A stretch of 64,000 bases of DNA from Selaginella moellendorffii (GCF_000143415.4 NW_003314335.1:55982-119981); one strand, 5' to 3'; shown: positions 1-14,631, numbered from the stretch's first letter. Notes: generated from the letters alone by a model not told the origin. Numbers and translations: made by a program.

Positions 1-1179
1 ATGTAATGACATTAAATCCAAAAGAAAGAGATGCAAAAACAACATAAATAAGCAGATAGTTGATTTCCTAGAATGCACTAGTCTTTTAGTGCTCTAGCTT
101 TTGTTATGGAGCAATTAATCATATTCTACTCTTCTTTCCCTTAAAATCCACACAAAAATTTTAAGGCTTCATATGTTAAAAAATAAGCTTTAATAATGTG
201 CTAGAAAAATCAATATAGAGGAAGAAAGCAATGGGTTTTAATCTGCTACATGAACATAATACATACTTGTTATTTTTTCCACAATGTCCCAATCAATTAT
301 CCATCAATATACCCTTGAGATAATGATTTAAACTGAAAACATGTGTGTGAAGCACAAAATTGCCATTGATTGGAGGAAGGACTTGTGACAATTGTCCCAT
401 GGGATGCCTGAGCCAAGCTTTTATATCATGGTCAATTTTCAGTGATCTGGTGGACTTTTTGGTAGGGCGTGAAGGGCTAAATTATCCATGGGAAACTGTG
501 CTCCTCATAGGATCTTCTAGAGGGAGTGTTGAGATAAATAGTCTCTGGGCATTTGCTATAAATCTACCTAACATTTCTTTTATATATAAGGGAGGTTCTT
601 TTCATTTTGTTTAATATAGCCATTGATCAAGGTTTAGCCCAAGCATTTTTTGTATATATAGAGTGGTGTTTTTTTTTCATCCTGTTCAATATAGCCATTT
701 ATCAAGGTTCCTATTATTTTAGCTTTTATTTTAATATCTTTTCATTAATTTTTTAAAAAGCAAGGATATATACCCAAGAAAAGAAACTATAGTGAATGAA
801 GTAATATTCTTTAGTAGAGTTGCCAAATATTAAGTGTTGGAGCAACATATTTAACTTTCTCTCAATTGTGATTTATCCTCCAAGGGAAAAGGGGCAATAT
901 AAAAATATTTTCTCATACCATTAAAATATTTTTATAGTAAAATATTTAAGGGAATCTCACTTCGCTACAAATTGATACATTAGGCAAACTGTAAAGATAA
1001 TTGGAATCAAAGTTGGGGAGGAGCCTCCTACCCTTTTCAAAAGATCAAGGCAAATTTCTTCAAGGTCTTTTTCTTTTTTCTTTTTCTTAGTCTTTTGGAT
1101 CTTAATCAAACTTGCAACTTGAATATACCATTCCCAAGGATGATGGCACATTGCAATTATTTGTGGGTTTTAGAGTCTA

Positions 1180-1921
<742 letters not shown>

Positions 1922-2420
1922 TTCAAATACACATATAGGCAGGATTCCACTGGCTCTACAAAACATACAAGATAAAAAAAAACAGAAAACATGACTTCCG
2001 TTGCCCTAAAGTGCCCTAAAGGAAACGGTCATGTCAACTAAAAAGGTTTGGATAAAGTTGAATTTGATGGCATCACGCTGAATGCTTGAATCAAATGGAT
2101 TGATAACCAAGAATTCTTTCAAACATTACTTAGGGGGGAGAATTTGCAGCCACTGAGGTGTCACTTACAATCGACATTGCGTAATTAGAGGAGTGCTGTG
2201 CCACAACTCTGACAGTTGTATATATGTGGCAGAAGTACATTTTTTTCTCTTCCTTTCTTTTGTTTTGGTTTGCAGTCCAAACCAGTAGATGACTTGATAC
2301 AAACTCCATGTGGCGGAATTCCCGAGACCTTAGCCCTTGACTGCATTAAACGTTTCCTGATGACAAAAATAGCAAAGTGATGAGATTATTTTATTTGTTT
2401 AGCCTCTTTTCTAATTTCTC

Positions 2421-3045
2421 AGAGCGCTCAAATGATGCACCTAAACGAAAGTTGACAAGTTGGAAAACACTTAAGCGAGAGTGTCCCTAGAGAGTGTGCC
2501 GCAGCTCTCTACCTCAAGTTGGCCGTCGTGCTTGCTACTTCCAGAGGAGGAGGAGCTGGAGCAAGCTCGTCCAGCTCACAATCGCCGCCTCCGTGGTAAA
2601 TCATCGGCAATCTCCCACGAAGGCACGCGGACTATCCACGCTCTTGGCTGAATGTGCATGTTCCTCCAGAGTCCAGCCGCGAGGAACACATTGCGGGGCA
2701 ATGCAATCTTGATGATCGTGGAGGTAGACTGCACAGCCTGCAAGTCGATGGTCACGGAGGGATCTTGATGATAAATGGCTTCAATATCTCGGATTTTGCG
2801 GTTCCAGATCAAGGACGTGATAAAGGCTGCTTCCTTTCCCTACAGTCCCTGCGATGACCGGCTCGTCTCACCCACTTCCGGCTCCTTCGATCTGGAGCGC
2901 CACTACTCCCACGAATCTGCTCATCCCGGGCCCAACTCGCCCACGAATCGATTTCCACGTGGCATGTCCAGCTGTACTGAACCATTTGAATTTAGACGAA
3001 GTCAAGTACATTCCAAACACACTTGTCAGCTTTATACGTAACTAG
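2421..3045 (+). pseudogene. Unidentified intron-containing gene remnant convergent with the CR gene (also ~9550-10158, ~16600-17225, ~23440-24030)
   Basis: GC-rich exon-like blocks with GT/AG boundaries (LEVGKHLSESVP..ALYLKLAVVLAS; IKDVIKAASFPYSPCDDRLV; IDFHVACPAVLNHL). Frame is broken in every copy. Confidence 0.45.
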
Positions 3046-3058
3046 TATTCTTGTCCCG

Positions 3059-5161
3059 CTACCCCTCATCCGATGGGAACACGAATTTAATTAACATCGA
3101 GGTTCTCAGTTTCGATCTGATGAGAACATCTGCTGTGTCACCCGACCATGAAAACTGGTAGACAGCACCAGGAACATTCAGGACTCCGAGCCTCTGTGTG
3201 TCCTCTGGTACCATGTTGAGGATAGTAGGCAGGGAAAACATCACTGATGTTTGAAGACGCTGGAATAAAAGAAAAAAATACAACATTGATACAAATACCA
3301 GATAACTGATGCCTACCTCGTTCACGAAAATTGTCAACTCTTTCCCAGCTAACTTACCAGCCGTGCACTTGATACTCAAAGCAGTTTCCTCCTTGAATTC
3401 AGTGTGTACTGTGGTCCGAACGGCTTCGATCGATACGCCAAACACAGTCACGCCGTCTGCCATCTCCTTGCATTGTACGCTTCCCTTTCCTGTTGGATTG
3501 TAACGGGATGCAGGAAGAGACCAAACAAAATACCTATATAAGAACTTGCACGTACCTCCTCGCATCAACACTGTTGGGAACTTCGCCTCCCCCGATTTTC
3601 TGCTCGTGTCCCCAAACTTGAGTCCTCCAGTATCAACTGTACCATCCATCCTCGAACGGACAATGTCAAAGACCTCCTCGATGGTCGAGCAGCTGATCGA
3701 GCCGTTAACGTGATCCTGCATCTTGAGAGCAATCGTCATCTGAAAAGGCAGGTACGTCCTCTTTTTCTTCCGCTCAGGCATCTCCTCTTTCTTGATCCAC
3801 TCTGGACTTCTCGCTCGCTTCTTCGACTGCTGCTGCAGCGGCTGATCATCTGGAACGTCTTCCACCACACACAAGGGTTCTGAATCCAAAGACTTGCCAC
3901 CCTCCATCTTCACTAAAACGGTGTACACTTGGTCTTCCTCCTTCACGCCTTGCAGGCCCGACGGGACGTCAGGATGCTCCCTTCTGAACGCCATCAGCGA
4001 AGAGCACAAGGCGTCGTAGTCGCTTTTGTTCATTGCTCTCTGCTTCAGTGCAGTCGAGATATGGAAAAGGACGAGTGGGGGGTACACCGAGTCTATCGGA
4101 GGGAATGTTGCTGGGCTGCTAGGCTGTAGATAGTGGAGGCCAGGTACTTGCAGGTTGAGACTGTTGCCTGAGAAGAACTTCACGTCACGCTTCTCCAAAT
4201 GCAGGCCAATGGCAGCATCATCGACGCTACAGAAGTGACCACCCTGCGAGAGTCGGTGGTGAGCATAGCGTTCAAACAAGACCCAAGCTGCACTCCGCAG
4301 TGAAGGCAGTGCCCGAGTGCACTGCATCCAGTCCTTGATCTGTCCCTTGTAGCATGCAATGGCGAAACAATCTACGACCCACTCCGAAGTGAAGGAGATA
4401 TGATCCACACAGGTAAAGTCCAGACTTGGCCAGGAAACGGAGGTCCCTGGCGAAAATAATCCACGGTCAATGTTGAGCTCTCCCACTTTCACAGCATGGT
4501 TCACAGCCATGCCTATCATGTTGTATACAAGTTCCAAAGGCATGAAGTAGTACCTCACGATTGGCCCGGCTATGTAGTAAGTCGCCCAGAAGTCGACGTG
4601 CGACTTATCTGCGTTCTCGGGCGCCGAGAAGTAAACCTGCTGCAACTCCTCGACAGACCAAGGAGGCATGTAGAGCGCAAAGAAGCCTATCTCATTGATG
4701 AGTTTGAGCGCGTCCACCCAATTGCTCTCCTCCGGTGATGCAAAGAGCACAGTATGTCTAGCGAAGTTCCCAACAAACTCCTGATCCGTGAGAAGCCAAG
4801 CCCCCGGGATTTCGTAATCCTCTTCAGAGACGGGCGCGTAACTCCCATCCGGTTTGAAGATGTAAACCCTCTCTTTTATTTCGACGAGCTGAACTATCAC
4901 GGCCGGTATCCCTTCTTCACTGAGGAGCCGTTTCAGGACGTACCACAGAAAGCACGACTTGCCGATTCCAGGGTTTCCTGATATGTGGATGTAGCTCTTG
5001 CCCAGGCTTGCGAGCTCTCTCATGTCGGCATAGAGATCCTCATAGCATTCCCGTATCCACACTTTCTGCCTCCTCCTGACGATGGGAGGGAGATCTATCC
5101 ACCTACCATCAGGGTCTGTCGCTGCACGCCCATCATCCCCAACTGGCGCTATCAATTCCAT
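3059..5161 (-). CDS. Crinkler/RHS-like (CR) protein, copy 1: P-loop NTPase + REase-fold region + basic NLS-like linker + unknown C-terminal domain; apparently intact
   Basis: 702-aa ORF with CR-NTPase hallmarks: VWIRECY..LY, Walker A SGNPGIGKS, WLLTD, VLFASP, LYMPPWSVEEL, AGPIVRY. REase-like motifs follow: LFERYAH and YLQP..TFPPIDS. A 57-nt GT-AG intron (3260-3316) is read through in frame. An upstream exon may exist. Confidence 0.8.
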   Translation of the reverse strand: MELIAPVGDDGRAATDPDGRWIDLPPIVRRRQKVWIRECYEDLYADMRELASLGKSYIHISGNPGIGKSCFLWYVLKRLLSEEGIPAVIVQLVEIKERVYIFKPDGSYAPVSEEDYEIPGAWLLTDQEFVGNFARHTVLFASPEESNWVDALKLINEIGFFALYMPPWSVEELQQVYFSAPENADKSHVDFWATYYIAGPIVRYYFMPLELVYNMIGMAVNHAVKVGELNIDRGLFSPGTSVSWPSLDFTCVDHISFTSEWVVDCFAIACYKGQIKDWMQCTRALPSLRSAAWVLFERYAHHRLSQGGHFCSVDDAAIGLHLEKRDVKFFSGNSLNLQVPGLHYLQPSSPATFPPIDSVYPPLVLFHISTALKQRAMNKSDYDALCSSLMAFRREHPDVPSGLQGVKEEDQVYTVLVKMEGGKSLDSEPLCVVEDVPDDQPLQQQSKKRARSPEWIKKEEMPERKKKRTYLPFQMTIALKMQDHVNGSISCSTIEEVFDIVRSRMDGTVDTGGLKFGDTSRKSGEAKFPTVLMRGGTCKFLYRYFVWSLPASRYNPTGKGSVQCKEMADGVTVFGVSIEAVRTTVHTEFKEETALSIKCTAGKLAGKELTIFVNEVGISYLVFVSMLYFFLLFQRLQTSVMFSLPTILNMVPEDTQRLGVLNVPGAVYQFSWSGDTADVLIRSKLRTSMLIKFVFPSDEG

Positions 5162-5404
5162 CCGCACCGCTCGGGCCCTAAACCTGATATACTCTAGCTC
5201 AACTTAGAAAATATATTTGTTTTAAAAATAATTATATCAAATCAAACTTTTGTAAACCTTGTTGAGAGATTCAGCGTGATGCCATCAAATTCAACTTTAT
5301 CCAGACCTTTTTGGTTGGCATGACATGGTTCCTTTTCTTTTTTATCTTGTATGTTTTGTAGAGCCAGATTTTGCTCTTTGGAATCCTGCTTATATGTGTA
5401 TTTG

Positions 5405-6245
<841 letters not shown>

Positions 6246-7959
6246 ACATTAGACTTAAAACCCACAAACAATTGCAATGTGCCATCATCCTTGGGAATGG
6301 TATATTCAACCTGCAAATTTGATTAAGATCCAAAAGACTAAGAAAAAAAAAAAAGAAAAAGACCTTGAAGAAATTTGCCTTGATTTCTTGAAAAGGGCAG
6401 AAGGCTCCTCCCCAATTTTGATTCCAAGTATCTTTACAGTTTGCCTAATGTATCAATTTGTAGCCTCTAGTGGCCTTAAGAGAGATTCCCTAAAATATTT
6501 TACTATAAAAATATTTTAATGGTATGAGAGATATTTTTATATTGCCCCTTTTCCCTTGAAGGATAAATCACAAAGTTTAGTTAAGTATGTTGCCTCCTAT
6601 TTGGCAACTCTACTAAAGAATATTACTTCATTCACTATAGTTTCTTTTCTTGGGTATATATCCTTGCTTTTTGAAAAAATAATGAAAAGATGTTAAAATA
6701 AAAACTAAAATAATAGGAACCTTGATAAATGGCTATATTGAATAGGATGAAAAAAAAACACCACTCTATATATACAAAAAATGCTTGGGCTAAACCTTGA
6801 TCAATGGCTATATTGAACAAAATGAAAAAAACCTCCCCTATATATAAAAGAAATGTTAAGTAAATTTATAGCAAATGCCTAAAGACTATTTATCTCAACA
6901 CTCCCTCTAGAAGATCCTATGAGGAGCATAATTTCCCATAGATAATTCGGCCTTTCATGCCCTGCCAAAAAGTGCACCAGATCACTGAAAATTGACTATG
7001 ATATAAAAGTTTGGCTCAGGCATCCCAAGGGACAACTGTCACAAGTCCTTCCTCCAATCAATGGCAATTTTGTGCCTCACACACATGTTTTCAGTTTAAA
7101 TCATTATCTCAAATGAGTTATTATCTTTATATAGTGTAAGGGTATATTGATGGATAATTGATTGGGACATTGTGGAAAAAATAACAAGTATGTATTATGT
7201 TCATGTAGTAGATTAAAACCCATTGCTTTCTTCCTCTATATTGATTTTTCTAGCACATTATTAAAGCTTATTATTTAACATATGAAGGCTTAAAATTTTT
7301 GTGTGGATTTTAAGGGAAAGAAGAGTGGGATATGATTGATTGCTTTATAACAAAAGCTGGAACACCAAAAGACTGGTGTATTCTAAGAAATCAACTACCT
7401 ATTTATTTATATTGTTCTTGCATCTCTTTTTTTTTGGGTTTAATTTCATTACATTATAAATTTTGGGAACAGTGGATCATGTAATAGTAGATATCGAGGT
7501 GATAGTGATACCTTTTGTGTACAATAAAAAAAGTGTAATTGCACTTTGGTAATAATATGGATCATAAATTAGTAAAAAAAAAAAGATGATATAGTTGCAC
7601 ATGTTACATAAAGTGTCTATTCATGTGAGATATGCTGTGCAATTAAAACATGATTGTATGCATAATAATTTTGTGTGTAATTAAAAACAAGAAATAAGAA
7701 TAATCTGAATAAATAAAAACTACTTATTTTAATATCACTGAAGAAAAGAAAGTCCAAAATGCTTAGGGTAAGAAAGAAAATGAAATTTTGTTGAAATAAA
7801 AGTTTGATTTGATATAAATGTTTTTGAAAAATAAAATTTCTAAGTTGGAGCTGAAGTATATATATATATCTATATAGAGAGAATCACACAGGTATATTCT
7901 CTCTTCAGGGCCCTAGTCAGAGCATGGTGTGTGGATGGTATTTACGCAAGGTCTGCTAC

Positions 7960-9322
7960 TTCTTGCGTGGTTCCTTGTTTCCTAGATGCATCTCGGTGTT
8001 CAGACCTTCCACTACAACAACATGAATAAGACATTGTTGATACCTAGGAAATATAAGTCGCCAATCCAGAAAATGCCAATAACACCGATAAATATGACTA
8101 ACTTTATCAAACTGCCAATAATAGATATCACGACCATAACCACATCCTTGCCCTTGTCTTTGAACTTAAGCAACAGTAACATCAACTTCCATTGGAACAA
8201 AACCATTTTTCATAGGAAATGGACTCTTGCTTCGTGTAGAGCTAAATATATCAAAGTGAATCAAGCTATAAATGTTGTGGCTAACATTTTGTCAAGATTT
8301 TGTAGGATTTGTGCATGCACTTGCTCTAGCCATCCTTGACAATGCCCTTCACTTGACATAATGTTATGAGACATTGCCTCTTCCACTTCTCACTACACAT
8401 CCTTTAGCTTCACTTTCTCGAACGCCAAATTGCATTACCGACTCATATGGCCCTTGACGAATATAATGTAATTTTTAGAAGGCATCATCACAATTGTTAG
8501 CATATTTAAATGCACGTTTAAATACGTCCAGGAAAATATTCCAACCCTCACAAATAACTACGCTCATACCATTGTACCACTGTAACACCATCTCTTGGAG
8601 ATACGTGGAAAACTTATGCAAACATTGAGCATCATCCCAAAAATGATATGTGCCAATTATCGTGAAGTGATCAAACCAATAATACACATCATTCCCAAAA
8701 TTCCCACTGAATAACTCTGGCTGATAGGGTTTAGGGTTTAGGGCCAATATCAAGGACCATATAAGTCAGTGATGCAATTTGGCGTTCGAGGAAGTAGAGT
8801 TGAAGGATGTGTAGTGATAAGTGAAAAAAGCAATGTTTTATAATGTTATGTCAAATGAAAGGCATTGTTAAGGATGGCTAAAGCAAGTGCATGCACAAAT
8901 CCTAGCAGCAGGAGGAGCTGTACCACGTGCTGTGAATATTGCCACCAATTAAGTTTGATTGTTTAGTTGCAACTATATACCATCAAATAATTTCACCAAC
9001 TACTACTCCAATCAAAAGAGAAGGAGGTTTTTACTCTACCACGTAGATGAATGAAAATAAATAAATAAAAGAAAAGAAGTTGAGAAAAGCTAAAAGAAAA
9101 GGGAAATCTAAACAATGGATCTACCCAACATTCTAATTAAAATTTCTTTTCATCTCCATCAGTGCGAATGCGTGGAATAAGGAAAGAGAATATAAAAAAT
9201 CTGTATATCAATTAGCCAAGAAACCTTAGTTTATGTATTAATCAAAATTGAAACTAACCCGATGGCTATTAAAATCCCAAATATTAATATATAACATCAT
9301 AATTGTACACTTAGACCTCACA
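7960..9322 (-). mobile_element. Ty3/gypsy remnant: LTR end plus gag fragment
   Basis: Minus strand starts TGTGAGGTCTAAGTG at 9322; the same end follows a PPT at 37822. ORF 8475-8753 (PELFSG..DVYYWFDHF..WDDAQ..LQWY..W..F...FK.AF) resembles a retrotransposon gag domain. Confidence 0.7.
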
Positions 9323-10171
9323 AGGAGTGCTGTGCCACAACTCTGACAGTTGTATATATATGGCAATGGTACATTATTTTCTCTTCCTTTCTTTTGTTTT
9401 GGTTTGCAGTCTAAACTAGTAGATGACTTGATACAAACTCCATGTCCTGAGACCTTAGCCCTCGACTGCACTAAACGTCTCGTGATGACAAAAATAGCAA
9501 AGTGATGAGATTATTTTATTTGTTTACAGCCTCTTTTCTAATTTCTCAGAGCGCTCAAATGATGCACCTAAACGAAAGTTGAGAAGTTGGAAAACACTTA
9601 AGCGAGAGTGTCTCTAGAGAGTGTGCCGCAGCTCTCTACCTCAAGTTGGCCATCGTGCTTGCTTCTTCCAGAGGAGGAGGAGCTGGAGCGAGCTCGTCCA
9701 GTTCTTCCAGCTCACAATCGCCACCTCTGTGGTAAATCATCGGCAATCTCCCACGAAGGCATGCGGACTATCCACGCTCTTGGCTGAATGTGCATGTTCC
9801 TCCAGAGTCCAGCACACAATCTTGATGATTGTGGAGGTAGACTGCACAGCCTGCAAGTCGATGGTCACGGAGGGATCTTAATGATAAATGGCTTCAATAT
9901 CTCGGATTTTGCGGTTCCAGATCAAGGACGTGATAAAGGCTGCTTCCTTTCCCTACAGTCCCTGCGATGACCGGCTCGTCTCACCCACTTTCGGCTCCTT
10001 CGATATGGAGCGCCACTACTCCCACGAATCTGCTCGTCCCGGGCCCAGCTTGCCCACAAATCGATTTCCACGTGGCATGTCCAGCTGTACTGAACCATTT
10101 GAATTTAGACGAAGTCAAGTACATTCCAAACACACTTGTCAGCTTTATACATAACTAGTCTTCTTATCCCG

Positions 10172-12269
10172 CTACCCCTCATCCGATGGGAACACGAATT
10201 TAATTAATGTCGAGGTTCTCAGTTTCGATCTGATGAGAACATCTGCTATGTCACCTGACCATGAAAACTGGTAGACAACACCAGGAACAGTCAAGACTCC
10301 GAGCCTCTGTGTGTCCATGTTGAGGATAGCAGGCAGAGAAGACATCACATGTGTTCGAAGACGCTGGAATAAAAAACAAAAAATACAACATTGACACAAA
10401 TACTAGATAACTGATGCCTACCTCGTTCACAAAAATTGTCAACTCTTTCCCAGCTAGCTTACCAGCCGTGCACTTGATACTCAAAGCAGTTTCCTCCTTC
10501 AATTCAGTGTGTACTGTGGTCCGAACGGCTTCGATCGATATGCCAAACACAGTCACGCCGTCTTCCATCTCCTTGCATTGTACACTTCCCTTTCCTGTTG
10601 GATTGTAACGGGATGCAGCAAGAGACCAAACAAAATACCCATATAAGAACTTGCACGTACCTCCTCGCATCAACACTGTTGGGAACTTCGCATCCCCCGA
10701 TTTTTTGCTCATGTCCCCAAACTTGAGTCCTCCAGTATCAACTGTACCATCCATCCTCGAACGGACAATGTCAAAGATCTCCTCGATGGTCGAGCAGCTG
10801 ATCGAGCAGTTAACGTGATCCTGCATCTCGAGAGCAATCGTCATCTCGAAAGGCAGGTACGTCCTCTTTTTCTTCCGCTCAGGCATCTCCTCTTTCTTGA
10901 TCCACTCTGGACTTCTCGCTCGCTTCTTCGACTGCTGCTGCAGCGGCTGATCATCTGGAACGTCTTCCACCACACACAAGGGTTCTGAATCCAAAGACTT
11001 GCCACCCTCCATCTTCACTAAAACGGCGTACACTTGGTCTTCCTCCTTCACGCCTTGCAAGCCCGACAGGACATCAGGATGCTCCCTTCTGAATGCCATC
11101 AGTGAAGAGCACAAGGCGTCGTAGTCGCTTTTGTTCATTGCTCTCTGCTTCAGTGCAGTCGAGATATGGAAAAGGACGAGTGGGGGGTACACCGAGTCTA
11201 TCGGAGGGAATGTTGCTGGGCTGCTAGGCTGTAGATAGTGGAGGCCAGGTACTTGCAGGTTAAGACAGTTGCCTGAGAAAAACTTCACGTCACGCTTCTC
11301 CAAATGCAGGCCAATGGCAGCATCATTGACGCTACAGAAGTGACCACCCTGCGAGAGTTGGTGGTGAGCATAGCGTTCGAACAAGACCCAAGCTGCACTC
11401 CGCAGTGAAGGCAGTGCCCGAGTGCACTCCATCCAGTCCTTGATCTGTCCCTTATAGCATGCAATGGCAAAACAATCTACAACCCACTCCGAAGTGAAGG
11501 AGATATGATCCACACAGGTAAAGTCCAGACTTGGCCAGGAAACAGAGGTCTCTGGCAAAAATAATGCACGGTAAATGTTGAGCTCTCCCACTTTCACAGC
11601 ATGGTTCACAGCCATGCCTATCATGTTGTATACAAGTTCCAAAGGCATGAAGTAGTACCTCACGATTGGCCCGGCTATGTAGTACGTCACCCAGAAGTCG
11701 ACGTGCGACTTATCTGCGTTCTCGGGCGCCGAGAAGTAAACCTGCTGCAACTCCTCGACAGACCAAGGAGGCATGTAGAGCGCAAAGAAGCGTCTCTCAT
11801 TGATGAGTTTGAGTGCGTCCACCCAATTCCTCTCCTCCGGTGATGCAAAGAGCACAGTCTGTGTAGCGAAGTTCCCAACAAACTCCTGATCCGTGAGAAG
11901 CCAAGCCCCCGGGATTTCGTAATCCTCTTTAGAACCGGGCGCGTAACTCCCATCCGGTTTGAAGATGTAAACCCTCTTCTTTTTTATTTCGACGAGCTGA
12001 ACTATCACAGCCGGTATCCCTTCTTCACTGAGGAGCCGTTTCAGGACGTACCACAGAAAGCACGAGTTGCCGATTCCAGGGTTTCCTGATATGTGGATGT
12101 AGCTCTTGCCCAGGCTTGCGAGCTCTCTCATGTCGGCATAGAGATCCCCATAGCATTCCCGTATCCACACTTTCCGCCTCCTCCTGGCGATGGGAGGGAG
12201 ATCTATCCACCTACCATCAGGGTCTGTCGCTGCATGCCCATCATCCCCAACTGGCGCTATCGATTCCAT
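10172..12269 (-). CDS. CR-like NTPase+REase, copy 2; full length after splicing, Walker A Lys->Asn
   Basis: Highly similar to copy 1. The apparent frameshift in the ORF track is explained by a 58-nt GT-AG intron (10364-10421). GNPGIGNS at 12066-12068. Confidence 0.75.
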
Positions 12270-12529
12270 CTGCACCGCTCTCCCGCTAGGGCCCTAAAGA
12301 GAGAATATACCTATATACTCCAGCTCAACTTAGAAAATATATTTGTTTTAAAAATAATTATATCAAATCAAACTTTTGTAAACCTTGTTGAGAGATTCAG
12401 CGTGATGCCATCAAATTCAACTTTATCCAGACCTTTTTGGTTGACATGACATGGTTCCTTTTCTTTTTTATCTTGTATGTTTTGTAGAGCCAGATTTTGC
12501 TCTTTGGAATCCTGCTTATATGTGTATTT

Positions 12530-13330
<801 letters not shown>

Positions 13331-14490
13331 CTCTAAAACCCACAAACAATTGCATCATGAGAATGGTATATTCAACCTGCAAATTTGATTAAGATCCAAA
13401 AGACTAAGAAAAAGCAAAAAGAAAAAGACCTTGAAGAAATTTGCCTTGATTTCTTGAAAAGGGCAGGAGGCTCCTCCCCAACTTTGATTCCAAGTATCTT
13501 TACAGTTTGCCTAATGTATCAATTTGTAGCCTCTAGTGGCCTTAAGAGAGATTCCCTAAAATATTTTACTATAAAAATATTTTAATGGTATGAGAGATAT
13601 TTTTATATTGCCCCTTTTCCCTTGGAGGATAAATCACAAAGTTTAGTTAAGTATGTTGCCTCCAACACTTAACATTTGGCAACTCTACTAAAGAATATTA
13701 CTTCATTCACTATAGTTTCTTTTCTTGGGTATATATCCTTGCTTTTTGAAAAAATAATAAAAAGATGTTAAAATAAAAGCTAAAATAATAAGAACCTTGA
13801 TAAATGGCTATATTGAATAGGATGAAAAAAAAACACCACTCTATATATACAAAAAATGTTTGGGCTAAACCTTGATCAATGGCTATATTGAACAAAATGA
13901 AAAGGGACAGTTGTCACAAGTCCTTCCTCCAATCAATGGCAATTCTGTGCCTCACACACATGTTTTCATTTTAAGTTATTATCTTAAACGAGTTATTATC
14001 CTTATATAGTGTAAGGGTATATTGATGGATAATTGAGATAGGGACATTGTGGAAAAAATAACATAATACAAGTATGTATTATGTTCATGTAGTAGATTAA
14101 GACCCATTGCTTTCTTCCTCTATATTGATTTTTCTAGCACATTATTAAAGCTTATTATTTAACATATGAAGCCCTGAAATTTTTGTGTGGATTTTAAGGG
14201 AAAGAAGAGTGGGATATGATTGATTGCTCTATAACAAAAGCTGGAACACCAAAAGACTGGTGCATTCCAGGAAATCAACTACCTGTTTATTTATATTGTT
14301 CTTGCATCTCTTTTTTTTGGGTTTAATGTCATTACATTATAAATTTTGGGAACAATGGATCATGTAATAGTAGACATCCAGGTGATACTTTCAAAAGTGA
14401 TACCTTTTGTGTACAATAAAAAATAGTGTAATTGCACTTTGGTAATAGTATGGATCATAAATTAGTAAAAAAAAAAGATGATATAGTTGC

Positions 14491-14631
14491 GTACCGATAT
14501 CCATGAGCGATTTTTACGAGGATGAATTGCGTAACCCCCGCCTACCGAGACGGGCAAACGTCCCGAAGCAATTTGATCATGATTCGATTCATGACGATCA
14601 TAGGTTGAGGGTTCGTACTCTCCAGTCATCG
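14491..14631. other. 141-bp insertion flanked by a 5-bp direct repeat GTTGC, unique to unit 2
   Basis: Empty site ATAGTTGCACATG near 7590. The filled site has GTTGC at 14486-14490 and 14632-14636. Confidence 0.85.

Noticed and set aside
360-1151. Short ORFs repeated in the AT-rich flanks
   Set aside because: They recur only because of the duplications; stops and frames vary between copies and no family was recognised.
3059-5167. Bacterial contamination or a prokaryotic defence operon
   Set aside because: Spliceosomal intron, plant pseudogene neighbours and contiguity with plant genes.
10251-10421. Apparent frameshifted C-terminus of CR copy 2
   Set aside because: Explained by a 58-nt GT-AG intron; splicing restores the SDEG terminus.
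14530-14575. Resemblance to c-di-GMP riboswitch or hammerhead motifs (GGCAAAC)
   Set aside because: Required motifs are missing or on opposite strands; coincidence is more likely.
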